This document shows positions 52,138-64,000 of a stretch of 64,000 nucleotides of DNA, one piece after another. The stretch is from Ptychomitrium polyphyllum (taxonomy: Eukaryota), in NCBI GenBank assembly GCA_973851085.1, contig OZ316775.1, positions 1,178,001 to 1,242,000 on the forward strand. Reading direction: 5' to 3'. Each line of letters begins with the position of its first letter. The first letter of the stretch is position 1. The translations under genes were made by a program, and so were the position numbers. The notes beneath the pieces were generated by a model. It had not been told where the DNA came from. It ran no database searches and was given only the letters and a program-made list of their open reading frames with translations.

Positions 52138-54428
52138 AACCTGGAGGTCGTTGAGCTGTACCTTCATGATCATGTATGTATAACATGGTATCATACTATT
52201 GAAGACTAATGTCATGAATCCAGTTATGAAAATAGTATATTTATAGTCAATATTGAGTTGTAATCTGCAGCAGAAACTTGTGGTGCATGCTAATATGTAA
52301 TTCCACTCACATGTACATTTATGTAGCACTACTATATAGTGATGAGATCTGAGTTGCCAGGCCCCTCATATACTCCTGTATTTGTAGAACAAGTCTTTTA
52401 ACAACCATAAAAACTGCATAGTCCTTCCTCCATAAGTGATTGATGTCTTCTTTTTGAATTACTGCTTGAAATGTGTTGTAATATTAGAACATGATGTAAG
52501 GCAATGGTCTCTGGTACTAGAACATGGTGATGATGAGTCATTGCTCTGGCCCTTGCTCTGGCACTTCACTCATGTTGATAATTCTGGAACTTATCAGTTT
52601 ATAGAAATGCCACAATGAAGCCAGCTGTGTGCCTGAAACTAATTTAGAGTTTGCCTGGCTGAAGAAAATTTCTTTGGCGAATGTCTGTGCATTGTGGTGT
52701 TATAAAGAGTTCAGTTAGGACAAGCAACTGGCTATCCTTTCTCCAAGCACCTGGTGATTCCAATGTGCATTTTAAAGTTCTGTAATATATTTGTTGGACA
52801 GTATCTTCAGGTATTGACAGCACAAAATTCTGAACATTGTAAACAGCTCATCCTCAGCTTGTTGGTGCCTGTATGAGAAATGTTTTCCATCTACTGTTCT
52901 TGATGAGAAAACAAGTCTCATGTTCAGCACAAGCTGAGGGGACTACAGTGTCATTTTTAGTAACACTTGTCTGCATTGCAGCAGTGAATGTTGCACTTGA
53001 GTGTTTAATATGATGCTATGTGAGTTGTTTCTCAGTCACATGCCGTGAATCCTGTTTAAGGTTTGGCATCAACAAAATTCAGTGAGAAGTTATATCACAC
53101 ACTTGGCACTTAATAAATAATTGAATTCTCCACAGGTGAATTAGGTATAAAATCTGGACACTTTAGGAGTAACAGTGGGTATTTCTTTCTATTAGCATTC
53201 AAAGAGTAGAAAACTGCCCTACAAATAGACATAAGTTTGTTAGCCATTGACCAGAGGTTACCATACAGCTGGTAAGATTGTTTAAGAGTTGTGGAATTGT
53301 ATGAAGATATGTTTGACAAGTTGATTGAGGGATGGCATAGCACAGTTGACAGGCAGTCCTCAATCAGCCAGAGAACTGGGGTCCATCAAGCGCTTTCTGC
53401 CTTCTTCATGTTCAGTATTGGGATGTGCCAAACTAAATTAGTGGCAAACACTGTAGACATCTCAATGCACAGTATACTATATGGATCCAAAGTTTTTATT
53501 ACTGGTGTTAAATATGTATTGCAAATTACAGTAAGTGAGCTTGTACTGGACTATTAATGCTTGACTCCACTTTGTACAAGGTATGCAGGAGCCTTATACT
53601 GGAAGTTACTTTGTAGGACAAATTTTGAACAATTTTCTTGGAAATCTCTTTTCTTGCAATGCTAGGGGCATATATTGTTGAGTCATGGTAGTGCTATATT
53701 TGAAATATATACAGTAATATGGAACAAAGATTTCATGATGATTGTAAATTTTTTAGCAATTTTATTTTAACTATTGGAATTACTACAATTTTTTAAGTAC
53801 TAAGTACTTTTAGAACCAAAAGTATAATTATAGCTTAATTCAAAATTCTAATATATGCTATGCGTTTTTGCTCATGATGATATGATATTACTGGTGTTAA
53901 ATATAGTATATTATTAGCTGATTTGTTTTGGAAATTGTGCTTTTGAAAATAGATCTTGCAAGTAGTATTTCAAGAAAAGTGTACAATGTATTTATAGAGA
54001 GATGGTACTTTTAAGATAACGTACCGTATTTAAAATTGGTACAAATGAAAGGTTTATACTTATTCTTGATTCTTATGCTTTGTCCCCAAAAGAGAATAAT
54101 GAATTGAGATTAAAATAAGTATATCCTTGAATAATATATACCTAAGAATATTCTTGCAATTAAGTACACATTGATAATGAACACCATTTAAACATCAATT
54201 TTTGTGTTACTTTTTGGTGCACATCATATTTAGGATTTAGAAAAATTCATAACTTATTCATAGAGTATCCAAAAAATACATGGTTTAATGTGTTGAAATC
54301 TTGTTTCAAGTTTTAATAGAACTTGAAATCAAACATGTCCTAAATATGCACAATGAACAGCACTTCACACACCCATTATGCACATTAACCACACGGTAAG
54401 CTGTGGTTAGTGCATGTCATATGATTGA

Positions 54429-54704
54429 AATTTACAACCACACCATGCACATCATGCATACACATATTTATAAGCCCACCACACTTTCACAACTGCTGCC
54501 ATCTACACCTTTTTGGACCCCACCTTTTCCCATATGTTTTCCGTTGTGCAGCATTGAGTGCTTGAGAGATTGGAATTTACAACCACATCATGTATACATG
54601 AATTTATACACTCACCACACTTCACAACTGCTGTCATCTATACCTTTTTGGACCCCACATTTTGCCATATGTTTTACATTGTGCGGCATTGAGTGCTTGA
54701 GAGA
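54429..54704. repeat. Diverged ~135-140-bp tandem duplication
   Basis: AATTTACAACCAC...CACAACTGCTG..CCTTTTTGGACCCCAC...GCATTGAGTGCTTGAGAGA occurs twice (about 54429-54569 and 54574-54704). Confidence 0.85.
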
Positions 54705-57487
54705 GGTGGTCCTTCTGGTCTCCTACATACAAATATGACATCGTAGTGGTAGTTGTGGAAATTTTGGAGTCATCTACATGGAAGTTACCCCTTACCACCA
54801 GCTACTACTATAGTTACACAGCATGTTTGTCAGTCACCAATTAGTTCTGATAGTAGATGAAAAGATTTACAGAGATTATTTTTTCCATTTTGGTTCTCAA
54901 TTGAAAAGAGTGAACACTTGAGAATACTTATTTTGACAAATTACATTCCAACAAAGGTTTAGAATGTTTGTTGAGGAAACTTAAAACTTTCTGTATCTAT
55001 ATTTAAAGATTAGAAATTATCTTATCAGTAACCACCAAACTCTTGTCACTAATAGATTAAATTTGGTGAGTTATGGTAAGGTTTTGAAATTGGATACAAA
55101 ATGGAATTGTAGATTGGTGAGAATGAGAAGGAAGACAAATTTACACTAGTTTAGTCAAAAAGGCATGTGATGGATATAGGCTTGATATATGGTAATTGTT
55201 AAAAGAGATTCATGTAATTGTGCATTTGTTAAGTGCTGGTTTCTTATTCTTTTGGATGGTTAATAGGATGATTGATTGATCTTTCTGGCCTTTAAGAAAA
55301 ACATCCTTTAAAAATTTGTAACCACTTAATTTTTTTTCAAAAACAAACATATTCTTAATTGTACTGGACTTCAAACCTTGTTTCTATCTACCAAAAATTG
55401 TTGAAAATATATGCAATGTTTGCAAGGGGAATATTCCTTATTGCAGTATTAATGGGCTGTTCCAGCTTAATGGTGTTGTGCAGCTACAAGCTGTACTATG
55501 CTGCACATGCATTGCGAACCAGTCCTTTGGAAATGGCGAGATTGCACAAGCACCAAGAACCAACAAAAAACACAGAGTACAGTTTTGCAAGGCTCAAGGC
55601 CGTAGTCACAGCATGATTTCCAGTGTCTGATTGATTGCCAAGAGAGTAAAAGTTCCACTCAGTCACATTCAATTAGCTTTTCCCAGTGCAACAGTCAGAG
55701 ATGTTCGAGTAACAATGAGCACATGTACCGCTTCTCCATTATATAGTGCAGACAAGTCTTATAGTCAGTCCTTACAGCTACTTAGCAGCTAGTAGGCGAT
55801 CTCTGTAATGGAATCTTTGTTGAACAACGACCTCGCAGAGAAGCATTTTAGGAGCTTGAGGCAGTTCACAGTACTCACAATATTTACTCTACATATCACA
55901 ACGGGAATTTACATGACCAGAAATTTGAGGCCCGGAATTTAGCACTTAGAGATAGTAGGACTTCAGCACATCCGCTAAAGCTGCTGAAATCTGGGCACCA
56001 TTGTAACATAAATGGTGATTATTTGCATTTGAAGCTTGCAATGATTTCATTCAAGAATTCTTCCTTTCTTCTCGAGAAGCAGGCTCCTGCACTAAAATTT
56101 GCGGCTGCTGACACACCTATACATCTATTTGTGGCTTGCATTATTGATATAATTTGTTAGATTCCAATTTCTCAGACACAATTCACAAATGATACCCTCT
56201 AGGTGCTTTCCAGTAACTTACCTGCAACAAATTACAGACTGTTGAGCTGCACTGTAAGTAGACAGGTGACTACAGGTGTACCGAGATACTAAAACTTGAC
56301 AGGTTACTTTTCCCCACTTCTACATTCGCGGCCGTGCTTATTGAGTTCACAGTGCAACATCAGCGTTGAAGCGTCACTCTCAATCACATTCTGGGGCTGT
56401 GTTGTCGTTTCTTCAGCTTGTGAGAGAAAGGCTTCTGAACCGGCGTCTTAGATTGTTCTAAGACAATCCCTGGAGGTGCTAATAAGCCGGCAAAGATGTC
56501 ACTGTATTCATGAGGCGTCCATGATCACGGCTAGCAACTAAGTGGTGGCGATCATCATTCCTGTCGGATCTTTGCTGCCAAAGAGAAGTGTTGAGGCACG
56601 CCTTACTTGAGACTACTCAGTTAGAAAGAGACGTACATCTTTTGAATGCACCACTGGGATTGTCAGGTGGGACTATGTCCGTGACCGGACGATCGCATGC
56701 ACTACCTAGCAATTGAAGGTTATTAGAGTCTTTCCACCATAATAGTATTTTACGAGAGAATCTAATCTGTTAAGAAGTTTGTTATGTTTTAGGAGTGCCA
56801 CCGTCTTCAAGAGATATATTAGTGAACTTTTTTGATGGTACCAAAAACAGGGATTGAATTTGCTTTAAAGCGTCTGTCTATAAGTCTCTTTGGTTGCATT
56901 TTTAGATGACGAACTCATTGTTTAATTCCCATACTCAGTTTGAATACTTGTAGTCGGAGCACAACTTACAACTGCTGAGTGTGGAGAGTGCACGATTGGC
57001 CTCAGAGGGACTTGACATACTCTTGAGGATACGACGGTAAGTATAAGAAAAGGACAAACCTGGCAACCAGATGACAGGGCTGAAGCCATATTCCTCCATC
57101 AATTTCGCTGCACTTATGATGATCTTTGAGAAGACGCTTCACAAGTGACCGACATCAGTACTAGGAGGTCATCATTTACCGAGACTGTCATGAGTCAATG
57201 CAAACTGCTGCGCCAAGGAGTTTGTTTTGAGGATTTCGGCTCTTCAGTACTGAATGAGCCAACCTCAATTTCTGATACATGAGAGAAATTGTTGTTCAGT
57301 ACTGTCTCAAGTATGGAGGACGAGAAGGTGAAGTACCAGCGGTGGCGCCCCCATAAAATTGCATTGTGTTGACACATCTAAGCAGGTAGGAGGCCCGATT
57401 TCATGGCAAGGGAACTTAATTGAAGCTGAATTGGGTGCTAATGTTGACAGGGGGTGGACATGACCAGCTGGCCATGAATATTGTGAA

Positions 57488-58770
57488 GTGAAATTCATCA
57501 CTAGCAGAATGTGTTCCGGACAAGGTTTTTTGGAAGCAGGAGGTCACTACCAGATGAAGGGCACCCTGGAGTCGAAGATGCAAGTGGTAGTGCAAAAGAC
57601 AGCGTCATCCAGCATATACAACCTCATCCTCATGTGGTTGCTTAGGGTATTCCTCTTCGTTCTATGGATAGGGAAGTACATTCTCATTTGGGTCCTAAGA
57701 TTCTCATTCTCGCTACTCCGAGAATGCATACGAAGATACTTCAGCGTGGCACTAGTTGGCTTAACGTTGAGTTCGGAACAGACGATGGAAAAGAATGATT
57801 CGACTTTGGGCAGGAGCAGTTTGGAGTGGGTTGAAGAGGAAAGTGTGGGCACCCATGTGGAGGACCCCCCAACGTCGCCATTGTTACCTATGGTGCTGAG
57901 TGATCTTGTGCAAATCAGTGAAGACAACCTCGCTATTAAAGACAGGTGAATGCTCTTAACCTAAATTCCAAATGCGCGATAACCAAGTGCTTGGAACTTG
58001 GCACTCATTAGATGGTTTATATTGGAAAAAAACAGGGGATGGTGGCAACTTGCTTCCGAGGTTGAGAAGCTGCGGCAATTTTTTAAGACAAAGGTCTTTC
58101 AGTCCCATCTACAGTGAATATTGGAGAGTGTTTTAAAGCACAGCCCATTTTAAAGAAATGTGCACAAACTGAAGCATCACAATTCATTTCAAAACGAATC
58201 TTTGAAGATTTTGAAGATTTCATAGATGACGGTAATCCACAATCTGTTTGACTCATGTGCAGGGATAGATTGTTATATGAATTCGATAAAATCGTTGCAC
58301 CCCAAGTATCAGCCTTCCAGCTTGGCGAGATCATCGTGCCCATCAACGACACCCGACAATTAGCTACATTTTTGAAGCTGAAACTGAGCCAAACTTGCAA
58401 GTCTCAATCCTCGGCGGCCATCAACGCTGCCATTTGCGGGGTCATCCTGGACATTCGATCGAAGGGAGCCATCAGTAAGTGCGTGGAGTCATGGGAGAAG
58501 AACCACATGAGCTACATCAAACACGCAGTGGTGTACATTGCAGCGGGTCTTCAAGATGGTAAGATCCATCTCGTCCTTGTGGGGCGCAAAGTGGAAGAGT
58601 TTCTGGGCTCGAGCGAGTTCCGGAGCCGGTTCAACCCGCCTCGTACTCGAGGTGACAAGAAAGAATGGAAATCCTGGACTCTGATGCACATGAGGTCGCT
58701 TAGAGAGAGCGCTGTTGTTACTGCGGAGGAGCTTCTTTCCCTCGGCCCTGTCCATGCCCAAGTCTGGTAG
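57488..58770 (+). pseudogene. Probable pseudogene of unknown family (TM-like segment plus globular domain)
   Basis: ORF 57488-57949 has a hydrophobic stretch. After a frameshift, the frame of ORF 58255-58770 extends upstream through several isolated stops (..ISKRIFEDFEDFIDDGNPQSV*LMCRDRLLYEF..). No recognised family. Confidence 0.45.
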
Positions 58771-59767
58771 TGATCTTCAATCATCTTCTATAGTACAAGT
58801 TAGTGTTAGTTGAATGATCTTTCACCTAAAGATGAAATCGTTAACTGTAGCTGTGTTGCGTCAAGATATGATACAGTTTTGTCGATGGCCGGCACCACTT
58901 TGGGACTTTCCCTGAATAGAAGGTGCAGAGGTTTCCATCAAATTAAGAGAATGCCGTGACTGTAATTAAGCTTGTAAATCATTTATTGATTTACAGTGAA
59001 TCACAAATCCGAATTTGCAGGGGTTAGTGGACCCTCAAGCTTGATCGCTTGTAATTGAAGAGCCCTAGTATTTGTCACCGAATTTCTGACCAGCTATGTT
59101 GAAAAGTAGGCATTTTGTAGCTTCTGAAAGGCACCTTCGTTCAATTTGAGTATACAAGCTGCCAGGAGTCCACAAGTTTAAAGTATTTTTCTTCATAATG
59201 CCTTATGGTTGCTGTCAAGGAGAAAGATAATAAGAAGTTTAGTACAAGTCTTCCTCTCCCTCAATCCCCTCTCCTCTTGAACAAGAATTGTTGATCATGC
59301 ATTGTACATAAGCATAGATATGATTCTAAGTGTGCAACGTTTGTTTGGGTGTAATATCATTTTATTCGAATCCGTTTTAAGCTGAGAACACAACGATTAT
59401 CTTCTTTGATATTCAAGCATTAGTATAATATTATTCGAAAAGTGCAACATGAAAACTCGAAACCATGCAATCATGTATCGCAAGTAGCTTCAGTATTTGG
59501 GGCTAACTAGTAAAGTGTAACTAGACAGCGCAGTGGAGTTTCGGGTCGAAAATTGAGACCATATGTCTCTTCGATGGTGGTGAAATCAACAAAGATACAT
59601 CATCCTGGCAGAGCTGACAATTAACCCGCAAAAACAATTGAGCCGACAGCGGCAGACAATACTCTCATGCCAATGCCTTTCCAGGACAATTCCTGCATCA
59701 CAATGAAACGTCGACGCATTCAAATTCAGAATCCAATACCCTTGCTGAACTAGTCTCAAATCCCAAA

Positions 59768-61123
59768 TCAGATTCTAAGCAAGAAAGAATAATCTGGTTC
59801 GATTACAAAAACGAGTCTCTGTTTCTGTTCGAGCATCAAACGCATTTTCCTCCTTTCAGCTCCAAACGGAAGAAACTGGTAACTGGTTCCGTTCACATTC
59901 CACTCGGAGTCAAGGAACCTGTCCAGGTTGAACATCGATTCATCGTCTCCCCAGGTAGCCGGATCGGGGTTCACTGCCAGAAGTTTGCAAAGACTGTTGT
60001 TCTTGCCTGTAAGTGATACCCTGCTAGTGTGACATCTTCCATGTTGCAGTGTGCGGGACCGAGAGTGGTGAGAATGTGTAGGCGCAGAATTTTCTTCACC
60101 AGAGACTGCAGGAGTAAGGTGTCTCGACATCGAAAGTTGAGCAAAAGCTACATGCAACCAGAAACAAGGAAACGAGCAAACAAATGCGAATTTCCTGATT
60201 GACAATTGATGATGTGGGAGGTGAACTGCCTCATCCCCTTCGACTGATCGAAATATGCCAACCTTGCATCAATCTCCGCACATAATCTTTCCATGCCTTA
60301 CCACTGGCGCACAAGTTCCAGAATCGTCCACTCCAAAACCTTAGACATTATTTCTGTTCCGGCTGTCAAGACTTTCTTCGCCGAGTATGACACATTGAAA
60401 GCACCATCACGAATCTAAGTTCTACATTGCCAAGACAGGCGCATTAAACGTGTAACTACCGTTTGTACTACTGTCTCATATATGGGTTTTAAACCTTCAA
60501 AGGATGTTAAGAATTCCAAGTGGAGTACATTGGCACAAATCCTAGAGAGAAATATTCACAGATGATTATCAGATTTAGGGCCTATATGGCGGTCACTTTG
60601 AACTTGCCACTCTCGCTAAGACGCAACAACGTCTCCACGAAGTCGATCATCGATTCCTCGTTCGGAATGCTTCTACTCGGTACATGTTCCTGGCACCATT
60701 CCAACCAGAGTTCGAGCACCTTTCTTTGAGCATATTCACATCCTTCCATCTTGCATCTATGCCTGGCGCATTTAGATTTCCTAAGACGAGCCTGAAAACA
60801 GGAATGGTGTCTGCAAGATTGTTTGTCGCCAAGAGCTTCATGTTCTTTTCCAATCTCCTGAATATCTGCGGATGTAGGCTACCCTCTCTCTCAAGGAGAA
60901 TTGTTCCGAACATAAGAAAGCTTTGTTGAAGATCGTTCGACAGGAATTCCCTCACAACAGGCCGTATCTCGATTGAAGACGAATTTCCGGCTCTTATGGC
61001 GGTGGGCTTCTTTGAATGAAGCGAACATTGACGTGCAACCTTGAGGACCTTGGACTTTGTGAGACATTGTGAGATGACATGCGTTGCAGACAATGGAATC
61101 GAATCGACGTGTGAAGTGGACAT
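59768..61123 (-). pseudogene. Cytochrome P450 (CYP71-clan-like) pseudogene
   Basis: I-helix LTAGTEIMSKVLEWTILELVR (~60310-60370). PERF-region DPATWGDDESMFNLDRFL. Heme motif decayed to FLPFGAERRKM (an extra A shifts the Cys codon out of frame). NLADTIPVFR upstream. Stops and deletions. Confidence 0.85.
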
Positions 61124-61297
61124 GCGTCAGCGTGGATTTGGTTGTGCAATATGCAGCAAGATGGTAAGAATTCGAGAACCCTATTCAATTTTAGAAACAA
61201 GTCAATCAACGTTGCTCCAGATTTAATGCGGAGGGGATTTATTTTGTAGAATAGATTCAAATTTAATTGGAACATGATCAGTGTCGAAGAAGAACAT

Positions 61298-63206
61298 CTA
61301 AGGCCAGGCCTCCCAGAAGGTGAAGTCGTCAGAGTAGTTGAGCCCACCCTCGGGGGCGATGTGCTTGCGTGGTAGGACGGCCGTGGCGGCAGCCTTGTTG
61401 AAAGTGTTGGATGTATGGATGCCGTCCCAGTTCAGATGCCACACTGGATCTGCGCAGTGCATGGCCGGCAGCAACGTCGTCAGGTTCACAAAATTCCCTT
61501 CGAACATCCCTGCGTGCCCGCACGTCACTCCCGTGTTGAAATTGTAGGCTCCTCTCACTCCATAGCATGCCCTCAACGGCGCTGTCACATCTATGAAACG
61601 CAAACAACACTACCGAATTAGTGCTCCTGCCCAGATCAGCCATGTGCACAAGCAGCCTCCTCAGGCTTACAACGTACCGATTGAGTTCGTTGTCCAAGTT
61701 ACTCACCAGGTATCACTTAGGTGTTCGATCAGTCTCACTTAGATATTGTCTCAGTATCAATCAAAAAGTGAACATTCCTCCAAAATCTTTGTCGTGAGCC
61801 GAACTTCGAAAAACAAGGTGTTAAGGGGGTTTTCGAAAAGATATGGGTCAAAATCTTGTGTGAAAAATAAACCTGGGGCCAAGAGGAACTTTAATCAAAG
61901 AGGTTGCTGATAATCTGGGCGGTTGCTTGGTCAGAAATGAGCCTGATATATTTCTGGAGGTATTGATAGTGACCAACTTATACAGCTTGCCCCGGTGGAG
62001 TTATGAGCCTTATGGAGAGGTACTTACTGTAACTAATGGGGCCGTGAGAATGTCGGTATAGACGCCCTCCGCGCCTCCGTAGAGGATCTTGGAAGCAGGA
62101 TACTTTACCGGGAGAGCAATGATCTTCTCCTCCAGCAGCTGATTGTGAGCGCTGGTGATTAAGTTGAGATCACTTGAACAACCATAACCATCATATTTGG
62201 CCATCGGGCTACCGAACATGGCGAGCATGGCACGGATGCATCCCAGAGGCAGATTCACCACCGGAATCGTCTGGGCAATGGGCATGATCGTTGAGGGCGC
62301 AGCGGGAGGGGTGTAGACTACCGGTGTCAACATTTTCTGCCAAGTCGACATTGAAAGTTTGGATTTAGGACACGGGGAGTACTCGCATTCAAATATGTAT
62401 TTCAGGGAAGAGATGATTCACAATCTCACCACAATGTGATCGTCGATTCCTTGCTCAACACCGGGCACAATTCCCTGAGTCGCATGGACTGTCAGACTCT
62501 TGTCGTAGAGGCTGAAGAAATAGTCTTGATAGCTAGACACACGGTGAACAACGATAAGTTAAAGGTGGCCAATTTGGACAAACTCTGATTCAGTCCTGCA
62601 AGAAGCAGAATGTTCCAGAATCTGATGATAAGCCTTTTGTTGCTGGCTATGTACTCTGAAATGAACGTCAGAAAGCACTTGTAGTAGCAACTTCCTTGGA
62701 ATTCATTTATCTAGGAAATGCTTTCTCAACTGCTCTCCCTCAGTTTACATAAAGAGTTTGGATTGAGGTCACTTACTGCCGGGTGGATTGAAAATTAGAC
62801 TTTCGTGAAACCAAACTCGAATCGTGTACCGCTCGAACCATTCATGCTGCACGTCCAGTGAGAAGGGAGAGTTGTTTCCATTGTCCTTGGTCCACACTTT
62901 CACCATTCTTGCTGGCGCACCATAAGCTGCAAAGTTGGTGCCAAATGTGAAGTCTCCGCCTGCTCCTCTCAGAACTGGATATATAGGCCGCCTACTCACT
63001 CCAAACACTGTAGACATGACAAAAAAATTCGACCAAGTTAGATGACGGCGTGAATAGCTAGAGACATCATGCCAGACACAACATTTATGGCTCTGCACTA
63101 CTGAAATGGAGAGGGTCCTTGAAAGTGAGAATGTAGGAGTGGCACTTTGTACGATGAATTTGTAAGCCAATGAAACAACCAACAGCAGCGCAGAGGCACT
63201 CTCCAT
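61298..63206 (-). pseudogene. GDSL/SGNH esterase-lipase pseudogene
   Basis: Signal-peptide-like start, block II FTFGTNFAAYGA, SLDVQHEWF, YQDYFFSLY, NLPLGCI..GC..LN..SAHNQLL, ACYG..YNF, block V WDGIH. The GDS catalytic block I is not found and the frames are disrupted. Confidence 0.85.
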
Positions 63207-64000
63207 TTCACCCAAAAGATAATCTGTTGGAATCAGTCAATCAGGTTTTGAATGGATGTGCTGCACAAGGCAGTACTCATCATATGCACGTGAAAAATTC
63301 ATTGACTACATAAATTTGTGCCTGAATATGCAATTGGTTACTTCTTATGATTCACGACGTACCAAGGAAGTCGAGGGAAATTTGCAGTCGGTGTAGCGAT
63401 CTGCAGCATGCTTAGGAAACTGAATGCCATTCGAGTCAAGTTCAGCGTTAGCAAACTGATCCGGGAACGCTGCAATTGAGTTGCCAATGTTAGAGAGCGA
63501 GTCTCCGAACGCAAAGACTGCAGGGTAAGAGCAGTTGGGGCAAGGTACTCCCTTGTGCCACCGTCACCTAAAAGATAATACATAGTACCACAGCTGCACC
63601 CTAACAGAGCAAGACCCGAACTGCTTCATGGACGCCAACCTGCCCCAGCTTCCCCATAGCCACCACCACCTCCTGGATTTAATGGCAGTCCAATTGGAAT
63701 CAGTGCAGTGGCGCATGCGATTGCAAGCGTGGTGAAGTTCAAGTGCATTTCCCAACGTTATACTAGAGTTGTGAGGGTCCATAGCTAAACTAGAGGAAGC
63801 ACGTCAGTCACATCCTCGTTGAGCTGCTTGTGTATTCTTAGCAAGTTGCAAGAGACTTGGCTCTCAGTAGCTTCGGTTTGTGGATAAAGTCAACATTATA
63901 ATATAGTTGTCATCAAAAATTTTACACGCCACCGTTACTTAGAAAACAAATGTCACCAACTTCATCGCTAGGAGTGGCTCAGCACTGCAACCGGGTTTGC

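Overview
Eukaryotic, intron-rich land-plant nuclear DNA. It is most likely a moss such as Physcomitrium (inferred from gene style and from the Tcn1-type Gypsy and half-tRNA-primed Copia elements; not proven). Intact genes, all + strand, with exons traced by hand: MON1/SAND (1042/2107-7459), importin-9-like (28536-40780, 32 coding exons, with an AT-AC minor intron and a GC-AG intron), and a patatin-like phospholipase with an unusual ~330-aa low-complexity C-terminal tail (48417-52137). There is also a tRNA-Pro(UGG) gene (47198-47269, -) followed by genomic CCA and a structured trailer. Accessory region 9.1-23.3 kb: a 3'-truncated self-priming Gypsy with a full-length degenerate Copia inserted in its gag, an RPW8-type NLR pseudogene, and a mosaic of gene fragments (unknown ORF, CDK5RAP1/MiaB exon, adrenodoxin-reductase first exon). 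The right end holds three more pseudogenes (unknown, cytochrome P450, GDSL lipase). No CRISPR or prokaryotic system is present. The best leads for new biology are the patatin Tyr/Ser prion-like tail, the tRNA-Pro plus trailer RNA, the MHD-motif history of the NLR pseudogene, the Cys-rich MON1 N-terminal micro-exon and a structured intron in importin-9. All homology calls come from motif recognition, with no database search.
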